From: a virus
Taxonomy: Duplodnaviria > Caudoviricetes
Virus record (IMG/VR): IMGVR_UViG_3300025296_000029
Span: 1-45,052 of that record
Strand: one strand, 5' to 3'
DNA: 45,052 nucleotides
Shown: positions 34,184 to 43,012 of the stretch, piece by piece
Layout: the number at the start of each line of letters is the position of its first letter
How positions within the stretch are numbered: the stretch's first letter is position 1
The notes under the pieces: generated by a model
Databases searched by the model: none
The model's input: only the letters and a program-made list of their open reading frames with translations
Told to the model about the DNA's origin: nothing
Position numbers and translations under genes: made by a program

Positions 34184-34750
34184 TTAGACATCATATTCTG
34201 TGAATGCAGCTATTGTTGCATCTACAGCGTTCCTCAGATTTGTTAATGATTCAGTGAAATTACTGTTAACCGTGGGAACCATAGATTTGGGTTCCTCTGT
34301 GATTCTTTTCTGCCTTGCTATTCTTGCTCTATACATATCATTAAACTGTCTGACATTATAGTTACAACTTTTAATATCCTGTAGAACATTCTCTTTGATC
34401 TTTAAGACGTTTGTTACTTCAGTATCAGTGAATTTAGTTGTTACAAGAGCTTTGACCTTATCACATAATACTTGAGTAACTCCAATCGTATTACTTTGCT
34501 TGATATAGTGAGTTTTATCGTATTCACGACATTCTTCAAATGTGATTTCACGAACTCTTTCTCTTAATCCGTAACTTGCATCCTGTGTGATTGCGCCAGT
34601 GCCTTTTGATTTAGTCAATACTGATGTGAGAGTACCTTCTTTGTGACCTTCTTCATTACTCCAATGACGTATTGTATCGAACGTATACTTTTGTCCAATT
34701 CTCATTTTCTTGTTTAACATGTGAATTACAGCTTGTTGTTTAGTCATCAT
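34184..34750 (-). CDS. Hypothetical protein
   Basis: AAGGAG RBS, 188 aa. Confidence 0.75.
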   Translation of the reverse strand: MMTKQQAVIHMLNKKMRIGQKYTFDTIRHWSNEEGHKEGTLTSVLTKSKGTGAITQDASYGLRERVREITFEECREYDKTHYIKQSNTIGVTQVLCDKVKALVTTKFTDTEVTNVLKIKENVLQDIKSCNYNVRQFNDMYRARIARQKRITEEPKSMVPTVNSNFTESLTNLRNAVDATIAAFTEYDV

Positions 34751-34851
34751 TTGACTCCTTTTTGTTTGTTGTTATCGTTCCTAAGATACTCTGCTATTGA
34801 TAGCGCTAAATATCCCACTAGAATTATTGCTATAAGTGTTGTTTCAATCAT
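34747..34851 (-). CDS. 34-aa membrane microprotein
   Basis: MIETTLIAIILVGYLALSIAEYLRNDNNKQKGVK; ATGA overlaps at both ends. Confidence 0.55.
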   Translation of the reverse strand: MIETTLIAIILVGYLALSIAEYLRNDNNKQKGVK

Positions 34852-35045
34852 CTTTTTGTCAACTCCTCACCTAAAGCCATATGTACTATTTCTCTAACTT
34901 CATCTTTTGTAAATAGCCTTGTCTTTAGATAATACCTACTTCTGAAATAGAATGCACATGCACCTATTAAAAATCCTGTTGATACAAGAGCAAGATGCTC
35001 TATCCATAATATTACTTGTTTGCTCATTGCTGCTGTCTCTGGCAT
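34848..35045 (-). CDS. Small membrane protein
   Basis: Start reassigned to MPETAA after AAGGAG. Confidence 0.6.
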   Translation of the reverse strand: MPETAAMSKQVILWIEHLALVSTGFLIGACAFYFRSRYYLKTRLFTKDEVREIVHMALGEELTKR

Positions 35046-35121
35046 TTTTAACTCCTTTTTTGTATTTAATAAATAGTTGCAAGTTCTTTCCCATATAACT
35101 AGTACAATCAATACTAATATA

Positions 35122-35436
35122 CTATGCAGCTGCGTCATTATCATCTCCAAGTATGTTAGCTTTTTCTATAACTACAGCTTCCTTACTCTCGTCAGTGTCA
35201 ATTGATTTTTCCATATCTTCTATCTTTTCCATTAATACTTTATTTATTGTGTCAGTACTAATATTCAATTTTGCAAGTAGAGCTGCAGTCATTCCTGCAG
35301 AAAGATCAAATACTTTACTAATTGTTTCCTCATCAACGCCAGCCCTTTGTGCCCTTTTGGCAGTTAGTCCAGTAAGAGTATGCATGTCCATAATTATTTC
35401 AGTAACCTTTTCATGGTCGAATGGTTTGTTTGTCAT
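35122..35436 (-). CDS. Hypothetical protein
   Basis: AAGGAG RBS. Confidence 0.7.
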   Translation of the reverse strand: MTNKPFDHEKVTEIIMDMHTLTGLTAKRAQRAGVDEETISKVFDLSAGMTAALLAKLNISTDTINKVLMEKIEDMEKSIDTDESKEAVVIEKANILGDDNDAAA

Positions 35437-35448
35437 TGTTAACTCCTT

Positions 35449-35556
35449 TTATTTGTCGCTTAATATTTTATATACTATCCAAATTGCTACTCCAATTACT
35501 ATAATACCTGCTAACGATACTATAGCAAGCTGAGTTACTTCTATTAACTGTATCAT
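35449..35556 (-). CDS. 35-aa membrane microprotein
   Basis: MIQLIEVTQLAIVSLAGIIVIGVAIWIVYKILSDK; GGGAG RBS. Confidence 0.6.
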   Translation of the reverse strand: MIQLIEVTQLAIVSLAGIIVIGVAIWIVYKILSDK

Positions 35557-35864
35557 TAACTTTCTCCCATTATTTGTTCTATAAACTCTTTAGTGTTAAG
35601 AGGTGAAAAGTTACTCTTGTTAATTGTATCAAATGTAATCCACATCATTATAGTTTTATCTATGTTAGGTATGGAGTCATCATTTAAGAACTTATGTATA
35701 GCTTCAATCACTTCTGATGCTGCATCGCTAGTACGAAATATACCATTAAATCTATCTTGATTATGAGATATGACACCAGTTACATAATCGTTATCTAATC
35801 CTAACGCATCAGCCATATTTTCTTCGTCATGCTTAAATTTGAATGTTCGGTTTGTGTTTGTCAT
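35556..35864 (-). CDS. Hypothetical protein
   Basis: AAGGAG RBS. Confidence 0.7.
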   Translation of the reverse strand: MTNTNRTFKFKHDEENMADALGLDNDYVTGVISHNQDRFNGIFRTSDAASEVIEAIHKFLNDDSIPNIDKTIMMWITFDTINKSNFSPLNTKEFIEQIMGES

Positions 35865-35882
35865 TGTTGACTCCTTTTGTGT

Positions 35883-36137
35883 TTATTCTTCTTCTTCTAA
35901 TAATTTGCTAATGCCACTGTTTACAACTTTATCTACTGTGTCGTGAATGTGCCTTACCATACAGTTAGTTTGTTCACTTAAACCAGCTGTATATCCATCT
36001 TTATAACCTGTCCTGTAGTGGCTATCTTTTGATACTACTGTTATTAGCCAGATTGTCACTGAAAATACTATTGACCACATTATAAAGAACCATGTCTCTA
36101 CAACTGATATGTCGAATGTATTAAATGCTGTGTCCAT
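35883..36137 (-). CDS. Membrane protein with GYxxG repeat
   Basis: N-terminal TM, YRTGYKDGYTAG; AAGGAG RBS. Confidence 0.7.
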   Translation of the reverse strand: MDTAFNTFDISVVETWFFIMWSIVFSVTIWLITVVSKDSHYRTGYKDGYTAGLSEQTNCMVRHIHDTVDKVVNSGISKLLEEEE

Positions 36138-36152
36138 TGTTCACTCCTTTAT

Positions 36153-36314
36153 TTAGTATTTCCTAGCATCTCTTAATGCTTGTTGGGATATTTGATAGTG
36201 TGAGTACGGCTGTGAATCATGATGAGGCTCTATATTCCTCTTCTTCATATATTCTGACTTGTACTCAGTCTTTGTAACCAGCCACTTTACATATTTATAT
36301 AACTTCTTCAGCAT
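36153..36314 (-). CDS. 53-aa hypothetical protein
   Basis: MLKKLYKYVKWLVTK...; AAGGAG RBS. Confidence 0.6.
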   Translation of the reverse strand: MLKKLYKYVKWLVTKTEYKSEYMKKRNIEPHHDSQPYSHYQISQQALRDARKY

Positions 36315-36338
36315 TGTTTACTCCTTATTGTTACATTA

Positions 36339-36581
36339 TTAATTGTTTGAAGGTAGACTCCTTTTTAATTCTTTGTATAATCTGCGACCCCAACTTTTTA
36401 TTAAAAGAATATATCTTTCAGCGTCAATCTCAATTAAATCCCTGTAATTCGGAAATACTCTTTCCTCCCAAGGTGTCATATGACGATTTTCTGGTAAATC
36501 ATATTGTATTGGAATACGACGATCATCTTTTGAACTTCCTGGTTTCTTCCACTCATAATATTTAGTTTCACGTTTGAAAAT
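36339..36581 (-). CDS. 80-aa hypothetical protein with probable ATT start
   Basis: Open frame IFKRETKYYEWKKPGSSKDDRRIP...RSLPSNN after AAGGAAGGAAGG; the first ATG is codon 35. Confidence 0.45.
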   Translation of the reverse strand: MFKRETKYYEWKKPGSSKDDRRIPIQYDLPENRHMTPWEERVFPNYRDLIEIDAERYILLIKSWGRRLYKELKRSLPSNN

Positions 36582-36596
36582 GCACCTTCCTTCCTT

Positions 36597-36827
36597 TTAA
36601 TTATATTTGTTATTCCTGCGCTGCTTGTTTAATCGCTCAGGAGAACTGTACCTTGGAAAGTCACTATTAAATATTATCATACAAGTATCTAACTGTAAAT
36701 ATGTTGCCCTGTTACGTTGCTCTACTGATATTACTTTGTCAGGGAACTTGTTTATGATCTCTTTAATAGATAAATTGTCTAAAGAATGCCTATTGATAGG
36801 ATTGTTGACATGTTTAGTATTCGCCAT
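36597..36827 (-). CDS. Hypothetical protein
   Basis: Start taken at MANTKHV to avoid a long overlap. Confidence 0.5.
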   Translation of the reverse strand: MANTKHVNNPINRHSLDNLSIKEIINKFPDKVISVEQRNRATYLQLDTCMIIFNSDFPRYSSPERLNKQRRNNKYN

Positions 36828-37041
36828 AATATGCCTTGTAGTGTATGTTAGAATCTTCATAGTGCTGTCTACCAATATATACATCAACTGGTTCTACTGC
36901 TGATGATGTTTCTTGGTACTCGTCAGTTAATAACACAACTGTACCAGCTATGCCTAACCTATTCAACACTTCATACTGCCTGTTTGATGCTAAATAATCA
37001 TTTAACTTCTGTTCACTTGTAAACTGTTTTAATACTGTCAT
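36814..37041 (-). CDS. Hypothetical protein
   Basis: AAGGAG RBS. Confidence 0.7.
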   Translation of the reverse strand: MTVLKQFTSEQKLNDYLASNRQYEVLNRLGIAGTVVLLTDEYQETSSAVEPVDVYIGRQHYEDSNIHYKAYYGEY

Positions 37042-37256
37042 TGTTGACTCCTTTACATTATGTTAATGACCAAGTTACTACAAATATTTAATATATGATA
37101 GAGAAATATAGCAGGTTATAGTGCTACTGACTATTCCCATTAGATAATATACAACTGGTATAACTAATAGGACTCATGTTATATCCTCCCTTCAAGGATT
37201 TATGGTTTAATTCACCTCATATTTTCTACAGGACACATTACATGCCCTGCATGAGG

Positions 37257-37385
37257 CTAGTCCTCTTTAGCTTTCTGAACAATAAGTCTACATAAGATGT
37301 CTATCCTTTCACAGATAAGACAAATCAAGTAGTACTTAATACCCGTTGGCTTAGGACAATCCTCGATAGACCAGCGTATTTTCAT
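37257..37385 (-). CDS. 42-aa Cys-containing microprotein
   Basis: MKIRWSIEDCPKPTGIKYYLICLICERIDILCRLIVQKAKED; GGGAGG RBS. Confidence 0.5.
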   Translation of the reverse strand: MKIRWSIEDCPKPTGIKYYLICLICERIDILCRLIVQKAKED

Positions 37386-37517
37386 ACAGACCTCCCTTTC
37401 GAAGATATTACTTGTGTTAAGTATAAGTTTGTACATCTATAATCCCTAGCTTTATAGTCGCCAAGACCTACGACTGTGCCTGCTATACTCCTTATTATCA
37501 TCACAACAGTGTAATAC

Positions 37518-37542
37518 AAAAGAAAAGGGGACCGAAGTCCCC
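37518..37542 (-). terminator. Intrinsic terminator
   Basis: Minus strand GGGGAC-UUCG-GUCCCC followed by UUUUCUUUU, just after the stop at 37549. Confidence 0.9.
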
Positions 37543-37548
37543 AATCCG

Positions 37549-37815
37549 TTACTCTGCTACTGTTCCAATCTTGACTTCTTCCTCGTCGGGGTCTACGTAG
37601 ACTGGGTCCCAACCGAAGTATGCACAGACTAGGTTTAATGTTTGCAGGTCGGCTACTGCTGATGCCTGTACGTCACGCTTACTAGGTATTGATACCTTGG
37701 CTAGTGGTGACCATCCTCTACGTACATCTGCACGCTGAACGTCCTTGATCATCTTCAAGAGTATACCTTTCGCCTCGGATATGAGACCTGCACGGGTGAT
37801 ATTGTTATCAGTCAT
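37549..37815 (-). CDS. First gene of the - arm, hypothetical protein
   Basis: AAGGAG RBS, own terminator, GC-rich codons. Confidence 0.8.
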   Translation of the reverse strand: MTDNNITRAGLISEAKGILLKMIKDVQRADVRRGWSPLAKVSIPSKRDVQASAVADLQTLNLVCAYFGWDPVYVDPDEEEVKIGTVAE

Positions 37816-38119
37816 GATAACTCCTTTCTGGTTATGTTAAAGATTACTATGAATATCTAAAAATGAAATTTAACTAAAAACTGAATTATCAAAATCCCTG
37901 GATAGGGTATATAGAGGGTAAAAAGGCCGCGCATCAAAATGACGCAATTTTTTCAAGTTCTCTCTACGCGCGTGCGTATTATATAATATATATATAATTA
38001 GTGTTAATGATTGATGTACACTATGGGTGGTATGGGTGGTGTTTAAGAGGAGGGAAAGGAGGGTATAAATTCAGATAAGTCTTGATTGGCGAGTGGTTTT
38101 TATAGTAAGCTTTATCATC
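37816..38119. promoter_or_regulatory. Divergent intergenic control region (candidate promoters / genome end / origin)
   Basis: Coding strand switches here; short palindromes, an alternating-AT tract and a tatgggtgg tandem repeat. Confidence 0.5.
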
Positions 38120-38335
38120 ATGCAGAAAGATATGGAAATTCTTAGTAAGTTGACTGCTGAAGAGCAAGTATCTGTATTATCAATTATATCGAGAAGTACA
38201 TCTGATTTAAGCCCTATAGAGATCGACGATGTAGTGTACCAAATACCAGAAACTGTGCATGACTTGATTGACAATCTAGCGTTACAAATTAAAGAATTAT
38301 CTACTTTAGATGGCGATATAAGCAAGCCAAACTAA
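38120..38335 (+). CDS. Hypothetical protein
   Basis: First gene of the + arm; ATG at 38120. Confidence 0.6.
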   Translation: MQKDMEILSKLTAEEQVSVLSIISRSTSDLSPIEIDDVVYQIPETVHDLIDNLALQIKELSTLDGDISKPN

Positions 38336-39124
38336 ATGGAGTATCGCAAGATAAAAGGAGTGAAGCATTACGTATTCGATGATGTACACGACTTCAATAG
38401 CTTCTTCACTGACGAAGACAATAGACCAAATATAAGCTTTGACTGGCGCACAGCAAATGAAGGTAACTGGGTTTTAGCTGACGATGGCGGAGTCATACAG
38501 TTACTTAAAAGGTCAAATATTAGACATCCGAATGACAGAAGAAACTATAAATATTGTGAAAATTATGTTCGCACTGTTGTTGGCACTTTCTTATGCTTAC
38601 CTAAAACGTATATGGACACTGATTTCTCACAGCACAAGAACAGGTATACATTCTCAAAGTCGATTAAAAGACCTGATACTAATTTTTACAAAAGAGATAA
38701 AACTACTAAAAAAGAAAAAGTATTTGCAACGAACGTTGCAGTTGGTATGGGTGCCGTTAAAAGTTACATGGATGCGTTTAGTGAATTGGACTCGTACAAA
38801 GCTGGGAAGAAAGCGGCGATATTATTAAGGCAGGAGAGAGTTATGAAAGAAGTTGAAAAATCAGTAGTAGATGTAGCTAAGTCATTAGGTGTTGACCATG
38901 AGTATGTATTAACTAAGTTGAAGTGTTTAGTAGACAGCTCACCTGAAGATAATATTGTTTTAAATGCTGTAAAAGAAATAGGCAAAGCTATAGGTACTAT
39001 AGGTGGAGCTACTGTTAAACATAAGGAAACTGGTATAATAGGACTATTCCAAGGTTTTCAGCCTGATCAGCTTGAAGAAGCTAAAAGACCTGAACTATCC
39101 GAAATAACTGAAAAAGGAGAATAA
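38336..39124 (+). CDS. Putative terminase small subunit
   Basis: KEKVFA...GAVKSYMDAF...KAAILLRQERV helical pattern resembles TerS HTH; lies upstream of TerL. Confidence 0.5.
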   Translation: MEYRKIKGVKHYVFDDVHDFNSFFTDEDNRPNISFDWRTANEGNWVLADDGGVIQLLKRSNIRHPNDRRNYKYCENYVRTVVGTFLCLPKTYMDTDFSQHKNRYTFSKSIKRPDTNFYKRDKTTKKEKVFATNVAVGMGAVKSYMDAFSELDSYKAGKKAAILLRQERVMKEVEKSVVDVAKSLGVDHEYVLTKLKCLVDSSPEDNIVLNAVKEIGKAIGTIGGATVKHKETGIIGLFQGFQPDQLEEAKRPELSEITEKGE

Positions 39125-39125
39125 T

Positions 39126-40022
39126 ATGTTATGTCCCCATTGTGCATCAATGCACACTAAGATACATGGGTACCGTCGTAATACAGATAACGATCTGATG
39201 CAACGTCACTTATGTCGTAAATGTAATCACACTTTCACAATACCATATGAAACACAAGTACAAGATAGTGATACTGAAGATTCTGTGCGTGTGAAGTCAG
39301 GTGGATTGTTAACGTTTGAGTATAATGGTAAAATAAGGATACATGGATTAACTGATGTTCATGTAGGAGCTAACGAGCATGACCATAAGAAACTGAAAGA
39401 AGCTATAAGCGTAATCAAGAAAGATAAGTTTGCCAGGTGGTTTGGTAATGGTGACTTAATAGAATGCATACCTCCAAACTATCATATCCCTCAGCGTGGT
39501 CAGAGTATGTCACCAGATGATCAGTATGAAGAGTTCATAAAATTATGTAGACCTATTGCGGATAAGTGTTTGTTTATTCGTGGTGGTAATCATGATTATT
39601 TAAGAAGCTTGAGAGTTCTTGATTTTGATATATCAAGAGGCATAGCTAATGCTTTGCAAGTACCTTATTATGAATTGCCTGGGTATACATCAATTGTAAC
39701 ATCTGGCAGAACTTGGAATCTTGTTAGTGGTCATGGTACAAGTGGAGCAAAGAATGGAGATTTAGAATTAGACAGGTTGGCTGCTGTCTATAGTGATGGC
39801 GATGTATTCTTTTTAGGTCATAATCATCAGCTATATACTAAGCCTATAGACTCTATAGCTATATATAATAATGAGGAAACTTTACATAGAAGGTGGTACA
39901 TAAGAGGCGGTAGCTTCTTACGTTACGCGGACTACGCACGATACTCCATGTATCAGATTGTTAGGACAGGATGGGTGACAATGGAGTTTGATCAAGATAG
40001 AATTGAATGTTGGGTAAACTGA
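39126..40022 (+). CDS. Calcineurin-like metallophosphoesterase with N-terminal zinc ribbon
   Basis: DVH, GDL, GNHD, HG and GHNH motifs; CPHC...CRKC. Confidence 0.85.
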   Translation: MLCPHCASMHTKIHGYRRNTDNDLMQRHLCRKCNHTFTIPYETQVQDSDTEDSVRVKSGGLLTFEYNGKIRIHGLTDVHVGANEHDHKKLKEAISVIKKDKFARWFGNGDLIECIPPNYHIPQRGQSMSPDDQYEEFIKLCRPIADKCLFIRGGNHDYLRSLRVLDFDISRGIANALQVPYYELPGYTSIVTSGRTWNLVSGHGTSGAKNGDLELDRLAAVYSDGDVFFLGHNHQLYTKPIDSIAIYNNEETLHRRWYIRGGSFLRYADYARYSMYQIVRTGWVTMEFDQDRIECWVN

Positions 40023-40222
40023 TGGCAAAGCGTAAAAAAGCAATAACAAAACATGATATGATACGTTCTATAAATGTATTGAACGCTAAAGTAGATTATG
40101 TTGATAATGCAGTTACATCAATGAGTGAGATGTTTAGAGATTTTGTAACTTTCATGGAATTTGAAGACCAGTTCTTTGAATATCTTGATGCAAAATTTAA
40201 AGAAGATGAAGATAAAGACTAA
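40022..40222 (+). CDS. Hypothetical protein
   Basis: Start at MAKRKK (TGATG coupling). Confidence 0.6.
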   Translation: MAKRKKAITKHDMIRSINVLNAKVDYVDNAVTSMSEMFRDFVTFMEFEDQFFEYLDAKFKEDEDKD

Positions 40223-41451
40223 TGCCGTTAAACGAATATAGGTATTTAAAAAAGACAGACAAAGGCAAACATATAAATTTGGCTACAGGTCAGCCTAAAG
40301 AAAAAAAGAAAGCTAAGTATACTCCGTATTATGCTGTTAAAGATGGAAGAAGATTGACAGGTAGTGAGGTAAAGAGACATGAGATAGTACTTACTGAAAA
40401 AGGCAAGCCTATTCCTAATCCAATGGCTACTCCTGGAATTATATCTCTTTTGCCTACTAGTCTTTATGATTTAGCTTTTGAGACTTTACTAACTGGAATG
40501 TCTTATGCAGAAGGTGTTGACCCAAGAGTGGCTATTGTAGCTGGTCTTGCAGCTGGAAAAGTAGCTCCTAAATTGCCATCCGCAGTTAAAGCTGCCAATA
40601 TTAAGAGTGGAGCATATTTGACAAGGAGAGCTGTAGACAAAGGGTTTGAAGCTGTGAAAAGAGACCCAATGCTTGCTGATATTCCATTTGAAAAAGTTTC
40701 TAAGTTTTTACCTAAAACTGGAAAAACATTGGTTTCTGGATCGTATTGGCCTCATATGGGGAAAAATTTAATGCGCTCTACTGGACCGCCTTTCGTGCCA
40801 GTAAAGAGGGTTTCTCAAGGGTGGGAACCAGTTTTTACATTTCAAGAGCAATCGTTATTAGATTTACTTGCTTCATCTGGAGGATTTAGTGCTCCGACTA
40901 TTTTTAAACGAAGGTGGGGTGAATCTGTTGTTAGACACGAAGGTCGTCATTATAAACAAAATGTAGAAGGTTTGCGAAATAAAATAAGAAGGGGAAATTT
41001 GGAAGCAATGGAACGACCATTAACAGGTGGAGTAGCAGGTCTTGAATACAGTACATTGATTAATATACCACAACCTAAAAATTGGAAAAAAATTATACCT
41101 AAAAAATATATTGATTCAAAAGGTAGTCTCAAATCTGCAGAGATTATTTATGAAGAAGCTTTGTCGGCAGGTAAATCGACTGCGTATGCAAAAAAATATC
41201 TTGGTAGATATAAAAAGAATATTGAAGATTATGAGTACGTTACACGACATATTGAAGTTGAAGCAAGAATAGAGGAGATTTCGTCATTAGGCAAAAAGAA
41301 TTGGCATGCGTACAGAGATTTAACAAAACGCGCTGGATTTACTAAAAATCAGGTAGAAGATATGGTTTCTGATTATCGAATGGCGAAGTTTAAAAAATAT
41401 CCATATGTTCCTCAATCCCTTGCTGAGGGAATTACAAAACTAAAAAAGTGA
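40222..41451 (+). CDS. Basic protein with zincin-like HExxH motif
   Basis: SVVRHEGRHYKQ...Y....IEVEAR. Confidence 0.55.
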   Translation: MPLNEYRYLKKTDKGKHINLATGQPKEKKKAKYTPYYAVKDGRRLTGSEVKRHEIVLTEKGKPIPNPMATPGIISLLPTSLYDLAFETLLTGMSYAEGVDPRVAIVAGLAAGKVAPKLPSAVKAANIKSGAYLTRRAVDKGFEAVKRDPMLADIPFEKVSKFLPKTGKTLVSGSYWPHMGKNLMRSTGPPFVPVKRVSQGWEPVFTFQEQSLLDLLASSGGFSAPTIFKRRWGESVVRHEGRHYKQNVEGLRNKIRRGNLEAMERPLTGGVAGLEYSTLINIPQPKNWKKIIPKKYIDSKGSLKSAEIIYEEALSAGKSTAYAKKYLGRYKKNIEDYEYVTRHIEVEARIEEISSLGKKNWHAYRDLTKRAGFTKNQVEDMVSDYRMAKFKKYPYVPQSLAEGITKLKK

Positions 41452-43010
41452 ATATAAACAGTCAAAATATAAGCGAAGCTGAGGAAGCTTTAAAGTTATC
41501 TAGTAAAGACTTAATATCTTTTGGTAAGTTATTTTTACCTGAAGACTTTATGCGTAGTGAGACGCCTCCATTCCACTATGAAATATCTGATTGTATTGAT
41601 AATAAAGAGGTAAAGCAGTTAGCTGTTATTGTTCCTAGAGGGCATGGTAAGACTATTTTAACAAAAGCTTCTATACTGAAAGATTTCATTTTTTGTCCAC
41701 CTGATGATTTTTATTTCTATGCCTGGGTATCTGCAACACAAAAACTTTCAGTTGGTAATATGGATTATATTAAACATCATTTAGATTATAATGAAAGAAT
41801 AAGATATTATTTTGGAAATTTAAGAGGTAGGAAATGGACTGAAGAAGATATAGAACTTTCTAATGGATGTAAGTTAATTAGTAAATCTAATGTTGCTGGT
41901 ATTCGTGGTGGCGCTAAGTTACACAAAAGATATGATTTAATTATACTTGATGACTTTGAACATGAAGCAAATACTATTACAAGAGAAGCTCGTGATAAGA
42001 ACGCTAACTTAGTAACTGCTGTTGTATACCCAGCATTAGAACCTCATACAGGTAGATTAAGAGTAAATGGCACTCCAGTGCATTATGATTCGTTTATTAA
42101 TAATTTGTTAGTACAGCATAGTAAAGCTATGAAGGATGGAAGGGAGTTTGCCTGGGAAGTAATTACATATAAAGCATTGCAAGGAGATGGAACACCTCTA
42201 TGGCAATCATTCTTCCCAGCCTCTAAGATCGAGGAAAAGAAAAGGTTTTATTCTGATTCAGGTCAACCTCATAAGTTCTACCAAGAATATATGATGGAAG
42301 TGATGAGTGAGGAAGATGCTGTATGGACAAGGAAGCATTTAAAGTACTATGATGGTTATTATAAGAATGAAGATGATATAAATTATCTTAGTATTGATGG
42401 TGAGGATGTACCAGTTAATACATTTATTGGATGTGATCCTGCTACAGATATAGATACTAAGCATTCTGACTTTAGTGTTATCATGGTAGTCGCAGTAGAT
42501 GCAAATAATGAGTTATATGTTTTAGAGTATGAAAGGCATAGGAGTATCCCTACTATTGGCACAAAGAGCGCTGATGGAGGTATCATTGGTCGTACTGGAG
42601 TTGTTGATTATATATTGGAACTACATGAGAAGTATAATTGTATATCATCTACAGTCGAAGATGTTGCTATGAATCGTAGTATATTCCAAGCGTTGAATGA
42701 TGAAAGAAGACGGTTAAATCGTTATGACATAGCAGTCATTCCTCAAAAGCCAGGTGGCTCTAATAAGAGGAATCGTATATATTCTGGTCTTTCTGGTAGA
42801 TTTAGTATGGGAACAGTACATATTAGAAAAAATATGTTTGATCTAATTAATGAAATTGTTACATTTGGACCTAAAATGTCCCATGATGATACCATTGAGA
42901 CTCTATATTATGCACAAATCCACGCATTTCCGCCTAATATGAAGAAGAATAAAGACAAAAAGGTTTGGTTTAAGCCTAAAAAGAGAGCTAAAAGCTGGTT
43001 AGTGGCATAA
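41448..43010 (+). CDS. terL: Terminase large subunit
   Basis: Walker A PRGHGKT, Walker B LIILDD, GTP coupling motif, QEY, nuclease GCDPA...SDFS and HDD. Confidence 0.93.
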   Translation: MNINSQNISEAEEALKLSSKDLISFGKLFLPEDFMRSETPPFHYEISDCIDNKEVKQLAVIVPRGHGKTILTKASILKDFIFCPPDDFYFYAWVSATQKLSVGNMDYIKHHLDYNERIRYYFGNLRGRKWTEEDIELSNGCKLISKSNVAGIRGGAKLHKRYDLIILDDFEHEANTITREARDKNANLVTAVVYPALEPHTGRLRVNGTPVHYDSFINNLLVQHSKAMKDGREFAWEVITYKALQGDGTPLWQSFFPASKIEEKKRFYSDSGQPHKFYQEYMMEVMSEEDAVWTRKHLKYYDGYYKNEDDINYLSIDGEDVPVNTFIGCDPATDIDTKHSDFSVIMVVAVDANNELYVLEYERHRSIPTIGTKSADGGIIGRTGVVDYILELHEKYNCISSTVEDVAMNRSIFQALNDERRRLNRYDIAVIPQKPGGSNKRNRIYSGLSGRFSMGTVHIRKNMFDLINEIVTFGPKMSHDDTIETLYYAQIHAFPPNMKKNKDKKVWFKPKKRAKSWLVA

Positions 43011-43012
43011 TA

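Noticed and set aside
38068-38112. Sigma70-like promoter TTGATT-N18-TAAGCT
   Set aside because: Weak match in AT-rich DNA; not supportable without TSS data.
39126-39250. IS1-like transposase zinc ribbon
   Set aside because: Fused to a phosphoesterase; no DDE domain or terminal repeats.
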